Assembly (NCBI RefSeq): GCF_009914755.1
Contig: NC_060929.1
DNA length: 64,000 nucleotides
From: the human T2T-CHM13v2.0 reference genome, Homo sapiens
Direction: 5' to 3' (one strand)
The notes under the pieces are model-generated. The model worked only from the letters and a program-made list of their open reading frames with translations, had not been told where the DNA came from and did no database searches. Shown here piece by piece: positions 13,050 to 27,899 of the stretch (position 1 is the first letter of the stretch; the number at the start of each line of letters is the position of its first letter). The translations under genes were made by a program, and so were the position numbers.

Positions 13050-14950
13050 AACTGTTTATTATGGAACATTTTAACATCAAAAGGAAAGAAAACAGTATAG
13101 TGAATTTGTACGAATTCGTTGCCCACTTCAGCAACTTGTTTCATCTATATTTCCACTTAGTCTTCCGTTCACTCTGGATAATTTTGAAGTAAATTCCAGA
13201 TATTATTTTATTTATAAATATTTAGTATTTATCTCTTAAATGTAAATGTTATAAAAAACCGCTGCAATACCAATGACAGACCTAAAAATTGAAGGTAATT
13301 ATTTCATATCCCCCCAAAAAACCCGATAGGTATTCAAATTTTTATGCTTGTCTCATATGCATTGCTGCTGGTTGAGATGTCTGGTAAGGCTCTTTTAACC
13401 TGTAGGTTGTGTGTTACCTCCTGATGTTTTAGGAAGCGAGGAATCCAGGTGTCTTCCTGTGGATTTTCCTATAGTGTAGATTTTGCTGGTTGTATCACTG
13501 GGTGGTTTAACATGTTTCACTTCCCCCATATTTCTTGCAGACTAGGAGTTAGGTCTTGAGGCTTGATTAGACCAAGCTTTGATCTGGCAGGGAAGGTGGC
13601 AAAAATACTTAATGGGTGTGATTGTTTAGTTTCATAGGGAGTTTTATTAGGAGAGTCTTGTCTTATTTTTATGGTGTTCATTGATGATTATTGCTTAGAT
13701 CTAGTATTTAAGAGTTGCAAGATGGTGATATTCTACTTATGTCCTTTCTTTTTCATTTATTAACTTGGATATCCCGTAAAGAGAGATGTCCCATCACCAC
13801 TTACTTGATTGTCCTGAGAAAGAGTTCATACAGGAGAAGTAGGATAAGTGATTGGTTCCTGTCCGTAACCAGTTTTCAGGCTATTGAAAAAGGACCATTG
13901 TTTGTTTGTTTGTTTTTTCCCCCAATAAAGACTTATTTCAAATGCATGATTTTAAATATATATGATGTTTTGATTCATTACACATTTTCTCTCTTATGAA
14001 GTTAAAATTGTCCCATCTTTGGCCAATGGGAGCCTCTTCAAATTGGCTCCTAAGTTTTGTTTGCTGATGTGACAAGATGTTTCAGGACCATCTTGTATAA
14101 TTCCTGCCTCAGGTCTGGAATCAGCCATTTCTCTAAAGAGCCCTGGTTCCTTTTAGTAGGAAACATTACAGGTTGCTAGGCATATCCACCGGGTGGGTTG
14201 TCGTTTTTGTGTCTCTTTAGTGGACAAATCTGGGGGAAAACACACACACGCATTTTAATGAGAAATGATATCGTGACTTTATATTAAAATTCATAGTTCA
14301 AATTTAGGATTATAGATATTTCATTTTACTTTTTCAATTATATATTTGTGGATATCTGTTTCATGAATCTAAAAATGTTAGTTCTTATGTGGACATAATT
14401 ACTTACTTTGTAATGCTAATGGTATTAGCACAGTATATGACTACCAAATGTAATTTAGTATTTTTCTTCTTGTCTTGGTCCTGAGGATGTATGCTATTAG
14501 AAATCTACAGACCTACTACTGTATTTTAAAGTCACATGAAACAGTTCCTCTCCATGTGGATATGCTATCAGCTTGAAACCTGGAATCATTTGTTTCATTT
14601 TGCTTTACATTTGTAAGACTTAAAAACCCCAACTTGCTTCAATTTTAAGTAAAACTTAGCATAATTCCACAGTAATAACTAAAAAATAGTTAAAAGTTAA
14701 GGTATGGTTAAAAAAAATCTAGTTTTTGTGTTTGCTTTCTCCACCCTGTGCCTCCCCTATAGGAAAACTTTTTTTTTTTAAGTTTTTGGTTTAATCCTTC
14801 TGCTTTTAAAATATGAGCAATTCTATTGATTTTCCCTTCTGTTTTCATCTTCTTCTCCCCGAGATAAACAAAAATGTAATAGGCCTCATTTTCTATCTTT
14901 GCTTGTTTTATTTCAAAGAATATTCTGGAGATCAGTATATAGCAGCACAT
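13050..14950 (-). mobile_element. Old L1MC-like 3' region
   Basis: T-rich; includes gtcccatctttggccaatgggagcctcttcaaattggctcct and ggaatcagccatttctctaaagagccctggttccttttagt; boundaries approximate. Confidence 0.6.
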
Positions 14951-15052
14951 AATAGAGTTCTCATTGCTTTTTACAGTTGTGTATTACTCTGTTTTGTGTA
15001 ACAGAGTAATACACAAATATATATATACCAGAGTAAAACACAACTCTGTCTC

Positions 15053-15212
15053 TATGTGTGTATATATATATATATATATATGTTTATATATATGTGTTTA
15101 TATATATGTCTATATGTATGTTTATATATATGTGTGTCTATATATATACATATATATACATATATATACATACATATATATATATACACACACACATATG
15201 TGTATATATATA
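15053..15212. repeat. Compound (TA)n/(TG)/(CA) microsatellite
   Basis: Directly visible alternating purine-pyrimidine tract of about 160 bp. Confidence 0.95.
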
Positions 15213-16274
15213 GTTAATTCAGTCAGATGCCCATTGATGGACATTTGTTTTTTTTTTTCTTTTAGAATAGCTTTTTGGGGTGCAGTGAACATTCACTCTT
15301 ATCAAGTTGGGGATATTGACAGGAATGTGGGATTTGATGCCTTAAGGTTTGCTGGTACCTTAGTTCTTCATGGTCTAGTTTTGCAGAGTACTGCATTTCC
15401 CCGGAAGAGAAGGGGAACCTTCCATTCATCTTGAATATTCTTGTTAGCATCCTAGCATAGTGGGAGCTGGCAGGGACTGACTGAGAGTGCGGGAACTGGC
15501 GGGACTTTTCATGCAGGCTGCCGAGTCTTCTCAGCCTTCAGTAGAAATACTCCATGAGCCAATTCCTGGTTCTCAGGACCAGGCAGCAAGAGGTGAGCCT
15601 AGAAGGTGCAGGGCTGGCGAGGTGCTCGCCTTGGCTGCTGTTAGAGCAGGAGCCCCGTGGGCGTCCTTTTAACAGAGTTGTATTATTTTATGGCACACTT
15701 AATAGACGTTAGCCATCATTTCTCTTTTTCACAAACTGTGTCTTTCAGAGATTTCCTTGGCAAAGGCTGCTTTTTATTGTCAGTGTGAGTTAGACTGTTC
15801 CTTGGGAGTTGGGAGTGGGAGGTTGGACAGCGGCTGAAGAATCATTTCAATTGAAACAAGCGCTATGGAGAGAAAGATACAGTTGGTTCGTTGAAATTTA
15901 CATTTTACTCCTCAAAGCAAGCGTGGCTTTCTTGCAAGTTCTTTCTAAATAAGTGAAAGGTGAGCTTCTAATTCATTTAAAGAGAAAGAGGTGATTGTGA
16001 ATCTAGCTGTTTCTGTGGTCATCCTGGGCCACATTGCTCAAGAGACCAAGTCTCCTGGAGTTTTAAGAAGAGGGAAATGAGGTCTCAGGGTTTAAGGAAA
16101 TAAGTGTCACACAGACATGTATAGCTATAGTGTAGGACCCTTTCAGCCTTCTTTCTATTATTAAAATAAACCTCAGTTCCCTTAGCATCCACAGGATATC
16201 CATCAGGCATTGCTGCTAACTGATACCTGATAGGAGGTATTTTTAGTTAATGTTGTGTGGAATATGGAAAAATA

Positions 16275-16480
16275 ATCCATTCAGCAAATGCCAGTCTCAC
16301 TGGGCATGGAGAGCATTGTGTATTCTTAAATCAGCGAATGAAACAAAGATGTTTGCCCTCATGGAGCTTATGTTCTAGTGGAGGAGACAGATAGACAAAA
16401 AGAATATGTAAATTGTACCATTTCCTAGAAGGTAAGAAGTGCCTTAGAGAAATAAGATTGGTTATAGGAGAGGATGCAGG
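16275..16480 (+). mobile_element. L2 fragment
   Basis: ccattcagcaaatg...tgccctcatggagcttatgttctagtggaggagacaga is a hallmark L2 segment (orientation label follows this reading and is uncertain). Confidence 0.6.
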
Positions 16481-19400
16481 TTTATGTGAACTGAAAGTAA
16501 AACACCATCATTATAAACAAAAACTGGTTTGTTTTTGTTTTTGTTTTTTGCTTTTTGACTAAGGCAGCATTTGGATAAGCAGATAATCAATGAGCTGTTG
16601 TTTGGTTACAGACATGAAAAGCTTCCATACATAGACATCCTGTGATGCTGGCAGCATTTCCTGTCTTTTTCATTTCATTGTAGAAACTAAGGCATTGATT
16701 TCCTATCTATAAAATGAGGCTGACATCTGTCCCGCCTGCCTCACCATGTGGCTTACGGTTGATAACACACACATATGAGTGTATCTAATAGGTGAAGTTT
16801 TTATGAACTGCAGTGCTGTTATTTTTACTAGTTTCGGAACAGGAACAGAACTTTGCATTTGTGACTTTTCTGCGTTATACTCAGATGCTATTTTCATTTG
16901 GGTACTTCCTGTGATGTTGGAAACCAACCTAAATCTTGGGGAATAGAATTAAACAGACACCTGTGTAGTTGATTTTAAGCTCCTTGAGGTTTAGCGACCA
17001 TGTTCCTCTGAACTATACTTCATCCTTTCTAAGATTTTTTCTTCATACCTCCCTGAGGAGGAGTCAGCAGAAAGTGATCATTAACTGCGTTATGCCATCT
17101 ATTGGAAGGTGCACCCTTAGCAGGGAGATTAGCATGTGAAAAGATTCTTACTTCACAAATGATTTTTGATAAAATTGTAAAAATATCCCAGTGAATTTTC
17201 TGAAGTTCTTTTCTAGGAAAAGGAAAAGTGAAAATTTTTCCTCTATCTTAAAATTCAGATTCAGGTGTCTATAAGCTTTTCTTAGGACATGACTCAGCGC
17301 CTAAGCAGATGAACTTGGTAGCAAGTCTTAGGATACTGCTCACTAGTGCTACCAGCCTGGGAGAAATCTTTGTAGTTGAAAGTTGGAAAAGTGTAGTAGG
17401 TGCTGTCAAAACTTCTGCACAGAGCTGCCTTTGGTTCTCAGGTCTGGGGTGATCAGAATGGCCGTGCGCATTGTGCAAACTACTGACTTCCATGCAACTT
17501 TCTTAGATTGGCAGATTTTGGATTCTGCTTCTCACACCCGTGGTGGAGCATGCCTTGCTTGACTTGTGAGCTACGGTGACCCAGGAGGGAGGAGAGTGTC
17601 ACGTGGGTCCCTATGGAATCAAACATCATGCTGCATTTCAAACACATTTTAAAAATTCAGAACTGTGGTCGAGAAAAAATGTTAGATGCTGGCTTTCTCT
17701 TTACCCAAAGTGAGGGGAATGTTTTAATTTAAATAATAGGTACTGTATTTTTAATAATTCAAGTTTCTGTAATATGTGTTGATCTATGATAATTTCAGTC
17801 AAGGAGATTGACTCTTTTGAAAAGCATGAAAGCTATTGGGAAACGAAAAATATTGAAATTGTTAATCTGTCTTATCTTGGGGATGAGAGGTATTCCAAAA
17901 AATTAGAGCCATTGATGTTACCCTAAAAATCATATCAGATGTTTCAGAAGATCAGTTGATAATGAGCAGTACTGCTTCTCATGTTTAATAGTACTTTTCA
18001 TTCATAAATGTTAGCCCCCTCTAAGGACCAGGAACCCGTTATTTAGTTATCTCTGTGACATTTTTACTACTAAAAAAGAAGTAAAGCCAGTAGTTCGAAA
18101 GATCATGCAATTTTCTTTTGTCTGGGCGAAGACCTAGCGATGACAGTGTTGCATAGTTCCTTCATCTTTATTTAAGCTTTTGGAGCCTCAGTATCTTTAT
18201 AAGACTGGAATGATAAAACCTCTCAACAGAGTCATTGTAAAATCACATCAGAAAGTGTATGTAGAGCACGTGATACCCTACCTGGATCTGTTGTTACCTA
18301 TGATTGTTGCTCCCATATAATACCTAAATTATTGGATTTAGAAATAATTTAAGGCTTTTCTAGATTACATGACTGAACAGTACATGTGGATTGCTTTAAG
18401 TATTCCCAATCAAAATGAAGTTTCATTATTATTTAGAATGAGTACATAATTCCTATGAAGTTATGAAAACCATATTGGTAAAATATGTTTTTAAAATACC
18501 ATCATCTTCTGCTGTATGCTTTTTGGCTGTTCTAAAAGGAAAGAATCTTCTGGGTTTTTTTTTATTTGTTTGCTTTCTTTCTAATTTTAGATGATGATTT
18601 TTGGTGCACAGAAAATAATGAAGAGTTCTGTATTGTGACTTGAATTTTGAGGTCTCCCGAAGAGAGATCATTAGAGTTCTAAAACTAAATGAAGGATCCA
18701 CTTGAGAAGGCTAAATTTTCTTCCTCTATTTTCCTGACAACCCCGATGGAAGTAATAAAATAAATGTGACAATTTTACCATAAGCGTTTAGTGATACCAA
18801 GCTGACTTCATTAGGATTGTATATGTTAACAAGAAATCGTTCTGCCTGCCTGTCTGTCAAAGTCACATACTCTGAGATTTGTACTCTTAGTGTGTGATAG
18901 AAATTTTCTAAAATCCTTAAGCTAATTAGCTTTAAAATTCTCATGTGGTTCTCTCACATGCATGTGTGTGGTTCTGTGTGAGAGACTGGCAAAGCTGGAC
19001 CAGTGAGGGTCAGGTGCCATCCGTCGCAGATTATAAAGTCATCAGCATAGCTTGGAGAATGTTCCTTTTGCTTTCCTTTCAAGACTTAGACCCATCTTGT
19101 TGATAGGAAAGAAAGAACTTTGAATGCAGGGCAATGGGGAAAAATGTGGGGGAGACTGGCCTAGAGAGCAGCTGTGAGGGAGGTGGTTGTCTGAGGTGAG
19201 TGAAACACATGGACGTGACAACTTTTTTTTCTGTCCAAAACATAAAAACTGAAGAAAGGAGTTTTTCCCAAAACATTGGAAGAAAAAGACAAGGCCATAT
19301 GTAGTACCTTCCATGTGGCCTGCAGAGCTCAGAGATTTTCTCCCAGATCCCCTGAAGGGATGACATGTCCTCACTGTGCCTCAGCTGAAACAAGGACTTC

Positions 19401-19518
19401 TGCCCTGTGCAAATTTGTGTAGTTGCTTTAGGAATAATTTTGACAGAGTGAATGGATGATAACATAGGATTTCTGTCTTATCTTGTGTCTAAGTGTATTC
19501 CTAATGTTTGTTTTTTAG

Positions 19519-19633
19519 GTGGGAGAGATAAACGTGGAGGTCCCATTTTAACGTTTCCGGCCCGCAGCAATCATGACAGAATACGACAGGAGGATCTCAG
19601 GAGACTCATTTCCTATCTAGCCTGTATTCCCAG
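19519..19633 (+). CDS. TRIO: TRIO coding exon 3 (115 nt), Sec14/CRAL-TRIO domain: GGRDKRGGPILTFPARSNHDRIRQEDLRRLISYLACIP(S)
   Basis: ttttttag|GT acceptor, CAG|gtaagt donor; lies in ORF 19452..19637. Confidence 0.97.
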
Positions 19634-20347
19634 GTAAGTTCTGTGTGGCTTGTGCTTGTCACTGATGTCACATTTACAAGAGATGTGGCGCTATACTCGT
19701 TAGAAATCAGCTAAATTGTAGCCTGCATTCCAGGCAAAGTAGTATAAAATGAAAGTCATTATCTTTCACCTTATTACCATTTTGTGACCATTATTGTCTA
19801 GTGTAAAGCCCTTTGGGGAGCAGGGACATGAAGGTAGGTAAGAGCTTTGTGTGTTGACAGTGGATCTGGGATACTCAGCTGGGATTTCAGGATGTGGCGC
19901 CTGAGTTAGAAAGCCATTGTTGATGATTCTAATACCGTGACACAGAGGCCTGGGTGATCAGAATTGGGTGCTGCTTTTGACAATGCATTTCTGCCTACTT
20001 GGCAAACGTTAGTTCTTTAAAAATAGTCTGTTGATATGTAGCACGAAGTTTGTGGGGCATTAAAAATCCTTATTAGCTATATATTGGGCGTAGATTTGGG
20101 AATCTCTATCAAAATTGAGACTCCATTGGTAATGGGAATTTTTAGCATAGATGCCAAAGAACACCAAGAGCAAGCAATGTTGTGTTTTCTGGAGAGTCCG
20201 CAAGTGGGGAGTCATGAGTTACTAGGAGCTGGCCTGTGTGTATACTTGAGGAATTTAGAATCTGTTTCTGCTCTGGAAATGTATTACTCGAGTTTAATTT
20301 GTAGATCTAGCTGACAACTGGTGGAGGAAATTTCCTCCCTATATTAA

Positions 20348-20730
20348 TGTATTAGTTCTTTCTCACACTTCTATTAAGAAACATTTGGGACTGGGTAATT
20401 TATAAAGAAAAGAGGTTTAATTGATTTAATGGCTAGGGAGCCCTCAGGAAACTTATGATCATGGCAGAAGGCAAGGGGGAAGCAGGCACATCCTCACATG
20501 GTTGGAGCAGGAGGAAGAGGGTGGAGGTAGGGGGTCAGGTGCCACACACTTTTAAACAACCAGATCTCATGAGAACTCCATCAGGGGACAGCACTAGGGA
20601 GATGGTGCTAAGCCGTTAGAACCCCCCCCCCGCCCCGTGATCCAATTACCACCCACCAGGCCTACCTCCAACATTGGGGGTTACAGTTCAACATGAGATT
20701 TGGGTGGGGACACAGAGCCAGATCACACCA
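20348..20730 (-). mobile_element. ERVL-MaLR solo LTR (MSTA/MSTB-like)
   Basis: tgtattagt...gactgggtaatttataaagaaaagaggtttaattg...catgagatttgggtggggacacag...ca; 5-bp TSD attaa at 20343-20347 and 20731-20735. Confidence 0.9.
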
Positions 20731-22574
20731 ATTAATATCTCCATTTAATTGTTCCAGTTATATTCTGGAAAATATAATACCATGCTGATATAATCTAAGG
20801 ATACAGTCATGCCTGGAATAGGAGATTTGGTGTGTGTTGCAGGTTGGAGGGGTGCCTATCTATGAGGAAAGGGTGAGTCCTCAGGTGTCTCTTTTATTCC
20901 AGAAAGGCACATACTGAAGGGCATCAGTGGCAGCCATGGTAGAGTGAGAGGAGGTGTTTCCTAAGAGACTAAATGAGGATGTGTGAGAGAAAACTCGGCC
21001 CTAATATGGGCTGGCTAGATAGTAACCTTAAGGAACATGTTACAAGAGAATGATGTAAGATGGTAACAGCATAATGGGTTTCAGGGGTTGTGGTAAAGGT
21101 AATAGATCTACCACAGCACGTGGTTCACAGCACTCAACCTGTGTAGGTTGACACAAGCGGGACAAGGCAGCCATGCCCCTCCCTAACAGGGCTGGCTGTG
21201 GCTGATGGCAATCAGCTTTTGGTCTTGATAGTTTGACTTGCTGGGGAGGTTCTTGGGTTTTCTGTCAGAGTATCCTTTATGAGAAAACTATCACTGTGTG
21301 GCATCAGTGACTAAGTGAGCCCTACTTATCTGGAGTAAGTTTTCCCTTTCTTCTTCTGGTATTTCTTAGGCAGCTGACCTGTTGAAATCTTAGAGTTGGA
21401 AAGTAGTTTAGAAGTTATTTATACTCACTATCATTTATAAATAAAAATAGAGTGTAAACTACTACTTACTAAGCTTTGACTATGTGCCAAGTCTGTGATA
21501 ATGATGGAAAAAGAAATACAAAGGGCAGGGTTAAAAAAAAAATAACTGCCAATCAAAATGATACTTGTCATATAGTTTAATAAGAACTAAAGTTGAATTT
21601 GATATTCACTCTTGTGAATTTGAATACTATATAGTGGTAACTTTGACAACTTGCTTTTTGGTCTTGAAACCTATGTTAATAGTAAATATTAAAAATTATT
21701 CATTTAATTGATATAGAAATTGGTTCAAGCACATTTTGGATAATCTGGATGACCCACTTTAAAAAAAAAACCTTTTTTTTGTGGGAAATTGTGAGAATAC
21801 ACAAAAGTGGAGAGAATAATATCATGAACACACATATACCCTTCACCCAGCTTCAGCGTTTATCAGATTTTGCCAATCTTGTTTTTCTCTAATTATTCAC
21901 CTGGTGTATTTTATAACAAATCCCAAAGATCACATCATGTCATTCAAAAATACTTGAGTGTGTAGGATGACCCTCCGGCCACTGAACAGTCTCTTCATGT
22001 CAGTACCTAGGTTTGCGTTTGCATTAACTGCAGTCCCAAGTGACAAGAAATGCCATTTTGCTTGTCCTCGATTAATGAGCAAATAAGAGAGGTGGATTAA
22101 CATGTAAATGACGCATTTGCCGAGTGATAATGGAGAAAGATTTCAGAGTAGTCCAAATTGAAAGAAGTGGCCACAAAGTGAGTCCTCTCTGGGCCCTCTC
22201 CCCCAGGGTCCTGCAGGTGCTACCCCTAGTGAGTGTATAGCAGCAGGAGCGCTGTTTGGTTTTAACCAAACAAATTATGTGATACAGATTTCACCAATCT
22301 GTAAAAATCATCAGCAAATTACTGGTGTGTGAATTTCTTTGGACTTGTGATTTTGCTTATGTGTAGTTTGTAAGTCTGATGGTTTGTTGTAGTAGAGTGG
22401 TATGAACACAAGGCGTTTCTACCCAGCTGTACATTTGTGTGTATGTCTTGGGGCCTGTGAGACCTTTTGCTGTGTCCAGTGCTTCCTCGTGCTTCCCAGA
22501 TTTGAAGGCAGCCCTTCGGCCATTCCTCAGTTAGACAGTCACAGGGCTGGTGTCATATGTGAAGGGAGAACATG

Positions 22575-22760
22575 GGCCTCAGAATCAGACTGACTGTGAC
22601 CTGGGACACATGACTTCACTTTCATTGCTTTCCTGATCTGAAAATGTGATAATGACCTGTACATTTTGGGATCATTGTGAGTATCGAGTAAGATTATTCC
22701 TGTAATCTTGCATGGTGCTTGACATGCAGTAGCTTGCTGAGATATAGTGCAATAATTTTC
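22575..22760 (+). mobile_element. MIR fragment
   Basis: ctgtgacctggg...ttcctgatctgaaaatg resembles the MIR core. Confidence 0.5.
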
Positions 22761-25700
22761 TGATTTCATATTCACCCTTCTATTTTCCTTCAATTACTTT
22801 CCTTTTGACATGATTTCTAGAGGCAGATCACATTGTTTTCTTCTGCATGCTTTCTAGATTGTCTGGGTCCGGCACAGTTCAACAGGAACGTGACCTGAGC
22901 AGCTGTGAGTGATTTGAGTATTATTGCTGGGGTCGCCCCTCCCTGCCCTTTTTTTTTTAAACAAACAAACAAACAAACAATTGTAGTAACAAGGTGAGTT
23001 CATAAGATTCATTTGCAATGAAACTTTCCACTAAACGTGTGTAGGAGAAATAAGAAGCAGCAGCAGTTCTTGCTGCTGTCATTGCAAGTCCTGCACAGTG
23101 ACATTAATCTTAGAATGTCTCTCGGTGGCTGTTGCTTTTATTACTTGAACTGTATTTAATACTAATTATGTTCTAGAACATTCTGCCTTCTTTAGAATGA
23201 TTTTTGGTTGCTAAATATTAACAGATAAACCACTCTTACTCCTTGTTGTCCACTAATGAAATGATACGAAGATTTTTAATTGATTCATTCATAAATACTC
23301 ACATAAGAAGATACTTTCTTCCTCTAGGAACGAAACAAGTAGAGTTTCTCTTTTTTAGGGACCTGTGTTGAAAGGGGACCTTATTTTTATGTGAACTTTC
23401 TTTATCTCACAGATAAACATGAGGCTCTTTGGTAAAAATGCTAAAATAACTGGTTAATAAGTCACATTTCCCAAAGAACAGTGTCTCTTAGGTGGTGGAA
23501 GGGCTTGGGGGCCCTTCTCCAGTAGGCAGCTGTTTATTAGGTGCTCATAAATAGGACCCAGGTTTGGGGATGTTTACAAGTCACTGCTGTCTTAATGATG
23601 ACTGGCTTTTAACTTGATAAAAATAGATGGATTGAAATGCTGTGCACTCCCAGCCCAGTCCATTTGCCATTTTCATTACTTAGGAAGCCGCTGGGTGGGA
23701 GCAGTTTGATCACAGAGGAAGGCGAATAGTTAATCCTTCTGTAAACTGTGCAAGCTCAGCGTAGCTTTTGGTTTTGTTGTTCTCCCGCTTATTCCTGTTG
23801 TTAAGCCTGGAGTCATTCAGGATTCCTTTTAAGCTTCTTTCAAGTAGAGGGGCTTTGTAGTTCGTGTGCATACTGTGTAAGGCCATGTTAGGAGAAAGAC
23901 AGGCTTCAAGGGAATTTATCTTGATATGGTGAAGACTGATGGTTACAGTGCGGTCTACCAAACAGCAACTAGTAAAACAAATAAAACATATTGCCACCGT
24001 TTTACAATCTCCTGTCTTTGGTGTACGGCAGCAGAATATGTGAATCTGGAGTAGAATGCCTTACTGGGCAGCAGGCTTCCTTTGCAGAGCTCTTGGCCTC
24101 CGGGCACCTGCCTCTTCCTGCTTAGGCTGCCCTCACCCCAGTGCCTCCAGGGCCCTGGAGTTTCTGTGGAATGGAATCTCGAGGGATTGCAAACCCCATT
24201 AGAGCCCAAGGAAGTCTAGAATGCTTAATTTCCATGACAGGAGACTTTAGGAGATGTTTCTGGGAGTCCCATTTGCCTCTAGGTTTCATGAAGGAGGTCA
24301 GAAAACAGGTGATGTTTCTGCCCGTGATGTTACCCGGATTGTAACCCACGACCTAATTGGGATGTGGAGGAGAAGTGATGGCATGAGGAGTATTTGAAAT
24401 CATTTCAATTTACATCCCTATGAGATAGTTATTAGAAGTTCATCACATCGTTCCTAATCAGTTTTCAGCATTTGGGTGATAAACTAAGCTGCTGGATCTG
24501 TTTTCTCCTCCTGGCTTTAGACACTGTGCTCCTCTGACTGTGAGCCGCCTTCTGATTGGGTCCTACTGCTGGGCTCTAACCATACAGGCATTTTTTTGGG
24601 GTGTTGATGTGATACACCCTCTTACTGATGTAGATGTCATATGTACTTTGCATTTGTAAAACGTGGGAAGCTAGTTAGTCTGATAGTCTGAATCAAGATA
24701 TAGAAGGGAATGGGGTGTGTGAGTGTGAGTTAGTTGGGAGGGGGAAGGAGGGCAGGGTTAGGGGAGTGAGCCTATGTAAGAGCATGAAATTGGTTTTAAT
24801 TTTGAATTAATTTTATTTGCATTACTTAATGATAGCAATTGGTTTTCCAGGTTTTTAATTTAGACTAGTTTTTTGGGGGGATAATTATCCAAAGCAGAAA
24901 AATGTCAAATGTCTTTTCTACCCTAAGGTACATTTATGTTTGGGGAAAACCACATATGCGTATTGAGTACCATAAGGTCCTAGGTATATTTCCAAAAAAG
25001 ACCTTGTAGGCAGTCGTTACCTGGTTACTGTCTGGTGCAGGCATCAGCAGCCTGCATAGACTGTCAGAGACCCCTGTGTAACAGTGAGGGTTGCAGTTGT
25101 TCCTTACTGTAGGGCCATTCGGAAGCTTCTATCACTGAAGTTGTAACCAAGTGCGACTAAGTATTTTTTTAACCTGTGTTTAAGGACACCTTAACTCTTG
25201 TTGCTCATTCTTTATTGCAGATTTGCATTGTATGTGTTTCCCATGTAGTCAGTGGTTGAGATTTAATACAATTAGAAGCTGGCACTTTTTTTTTTTAAGT
25301 GCAATAATGTGGAGAGGAAGAACATAGTGACTCCCAGCACTGCCTTGACGTGTGTCAGAGGCCAGCAGTGTTAAGCCAGCGTTGCTACCACATAAAGGCT
25401 TAGTACAGTTGTGGAACTAGATTAAAACCACAGAGCCTGCCAGAAGGGTGCCAAGAACTCCCAGGGACGGGTGGATGGTATGGAAAACCACTGAGATAGC
25501 TTCAGGGCCAGGGATAGGGTAAAGGGAATAAAATGGAACATAAGAAAGTTCTCATCATTGCCAGCCATGCTAGTGGGGGGTCATTTTCAGCACCTGGGGT
25601 GCTGGGAGTCCTGGGGTAACTGCCGTCCACAGGTCTCAGACTGTCCCCAGTCTGGGTTTTGTTGCAGGCTGTCAGGGTTTTGTACTCACCCGATGCTCCC

Positions 25701-26065
25701 TGGAGACCTTTGCTCGCAGGAGTGACTGGAGGAGTTCATGTAATCAATTAATGCACCAAAGTCAGGAGAAATGGGCATGGTGACCGTTGTTTTCCTGAAA
25801 AGAAGACGGGATGCAAAACCATTAATACAAAATTGAAATCTTAACAGGTTTTGCAGGTTGAACATGAAGCGTGTATAGCCTGGGTCTCTTCCTTTATGGT
25901 ACAAGGGAGGGACGAGAAGGAGCTGAGCACAGTGTGCTCCTTCCCCTGCCTCCGCACGTGTCCAGCAGGGGAGGGAAGCTGGGTCTGTGGCACCCAGTGG
26001 GACTCTGACCAGGCAGAGTGGCAAGAGATGTAACCCGTCTTCAGCCATGTTTTCTTTCTCTGCAG

Positions 26066-26258
26066 CGAGGAGGTCTGCAAGCGTGGCTTCACGGTGATCG
26101 TGGACATGCGTGGGTCCAAGTGGGACTCCATCAAGCCCCTTCTGAAGATCCTGCAGGAGTCCTTCCCCTGCTGCATCCATGTGGCCCTGATCATCAAGCC
26201 AGACAACTTCTGGCAGAAACAGAGGACTAATTTTGGCAGTTCTAAATTTGAATTTGAG
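26066..26258 (+). CDS. TRIO: TRIO coding exon 4 (193 nt), Sec14/CRAL-TRIO domain: EEVCKRGFTVIVDMRGSKW...GSSKFEFE
   Basis: tttctctgcag| acceptor, GAG|gtaact donor; overlaps ORF 26094..26321. Confidence 0.97.
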
Positions 26259-27581
26259 GTAACTTCCCCCGTGTGGCTAGACCCACTAAACAAGTTGGTG
26301 TGGTTTACTAAAAGCTATTGAGGCTAATGAGAGATTTTTTTTTTAAACCACATATTAAACAGGAGCTGCATATCTTACGAACATGTGATACGTAAAATTA
26401 GTTACTGCATGAAATAACAGAGCTGCGTTCATCATCCGAGTGGATTGTTTTACCCACATGGGCTTAGGTTTCAGTTCCCTTGGGTTGGGTGATGGGCTGT
26501 TGAGTTGTGAGGCCTTGGCAGAGAAGCTTGCTGGCTGCCTTATATTTCACTTGACAAACAGCTTTACCAGGCAGCACTGTGGCTTTGCACAGTTACAGAT
26601 TCATTCTCCTTGCCTCAGCCCTGGAGATGAGGGAATGTTAGGGAGAAATGCCCAACTTCAGAGTCCCTAAGTTTCATCCTGTCATGGATAATGGAAAGAA
26701 TGCATGTATTAGGCCTCTGATTTCTGAAAATGGAGATAGTGTGTTAAAAACTGTGCAGAGTCCTGAATTCAGTTAGGCATGGAAGATTGCCGTCTTTCAG
26801 TGGTAAAAACAAGACAAAACCCTCAGCCCACTAATTATTTTGCTTCCCACTGTAACCTCCTCTCCTTAAGCTACCAAGGTTCTGACAAGGCCTTCGGTGC
26901 AGTTAGTTTAATGAGATGATTATGGGAGGAAAGTCTTCCTGCCAGCATGAAACTTGATTCTTGCTCCATTTGGAATAAGATTTTAATATTTTCTAATAAG
27001 AAATACTTTTTGGTTGAATAGATTGCTTCCTCTGGCAAATCTGCTCAAACGTTAGGTTTCAGTGGATGTATTCATGTATTTTAAGGTAAACAGCAATAAT
27101 ATTAAACATCAGACAGTGTTAATCCTTAATCTTCAGGTTATAATGCTATACTTTTCAAAGTGTTTGCACAGGTGTATTACTTGGATTTTTAAATTCTTTC
27201 CATAGTACTCATTTTTCTATCCAAAATATGAACTTAGTTTTAAATTTGAAACTACTCAGGTTTACTACACTCCATCAGAAAGATGAACCCAGTAAGCCTT
27301 TATCTTCATAGAGAATAGGAAGTAATTTTGGAGGACAGTTTATTGGGTGTTAATTATTTTCTTGATGCAGAATTGAAAGTGCATTGTATTTAATTATAAG
27401 TGTTTTAAGTAAAAATAATGGTCTGGCAATACAATTCATACAGGTTTTTCCAGTCCAGTTTTGATCTCTCCCTCAGGGCTCTTAAAGGCACCAGTTTTTC
27501 TATGGAACTTGTTACATTGTTACCAGCCTCTCTCTCCCCACCCAGTGATTGCCTCTGTGGAGATTATTAAAAGTCCAGCAG

Positions 27582-27899
<318 letters not shown>

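Noticed and set aside
14964-15434. 156-aa Tyr/Ile-rich ORF
   Set aside because: It is a translation of the (TA)n microsatellite.
25686-26293. 150-164 aa minus-strand ORFs, and similar ones opposite exons 5, 7 and 9
   Set aside because: They are antisense shadows of GC-rich TRIO codons with no independent gene signals.
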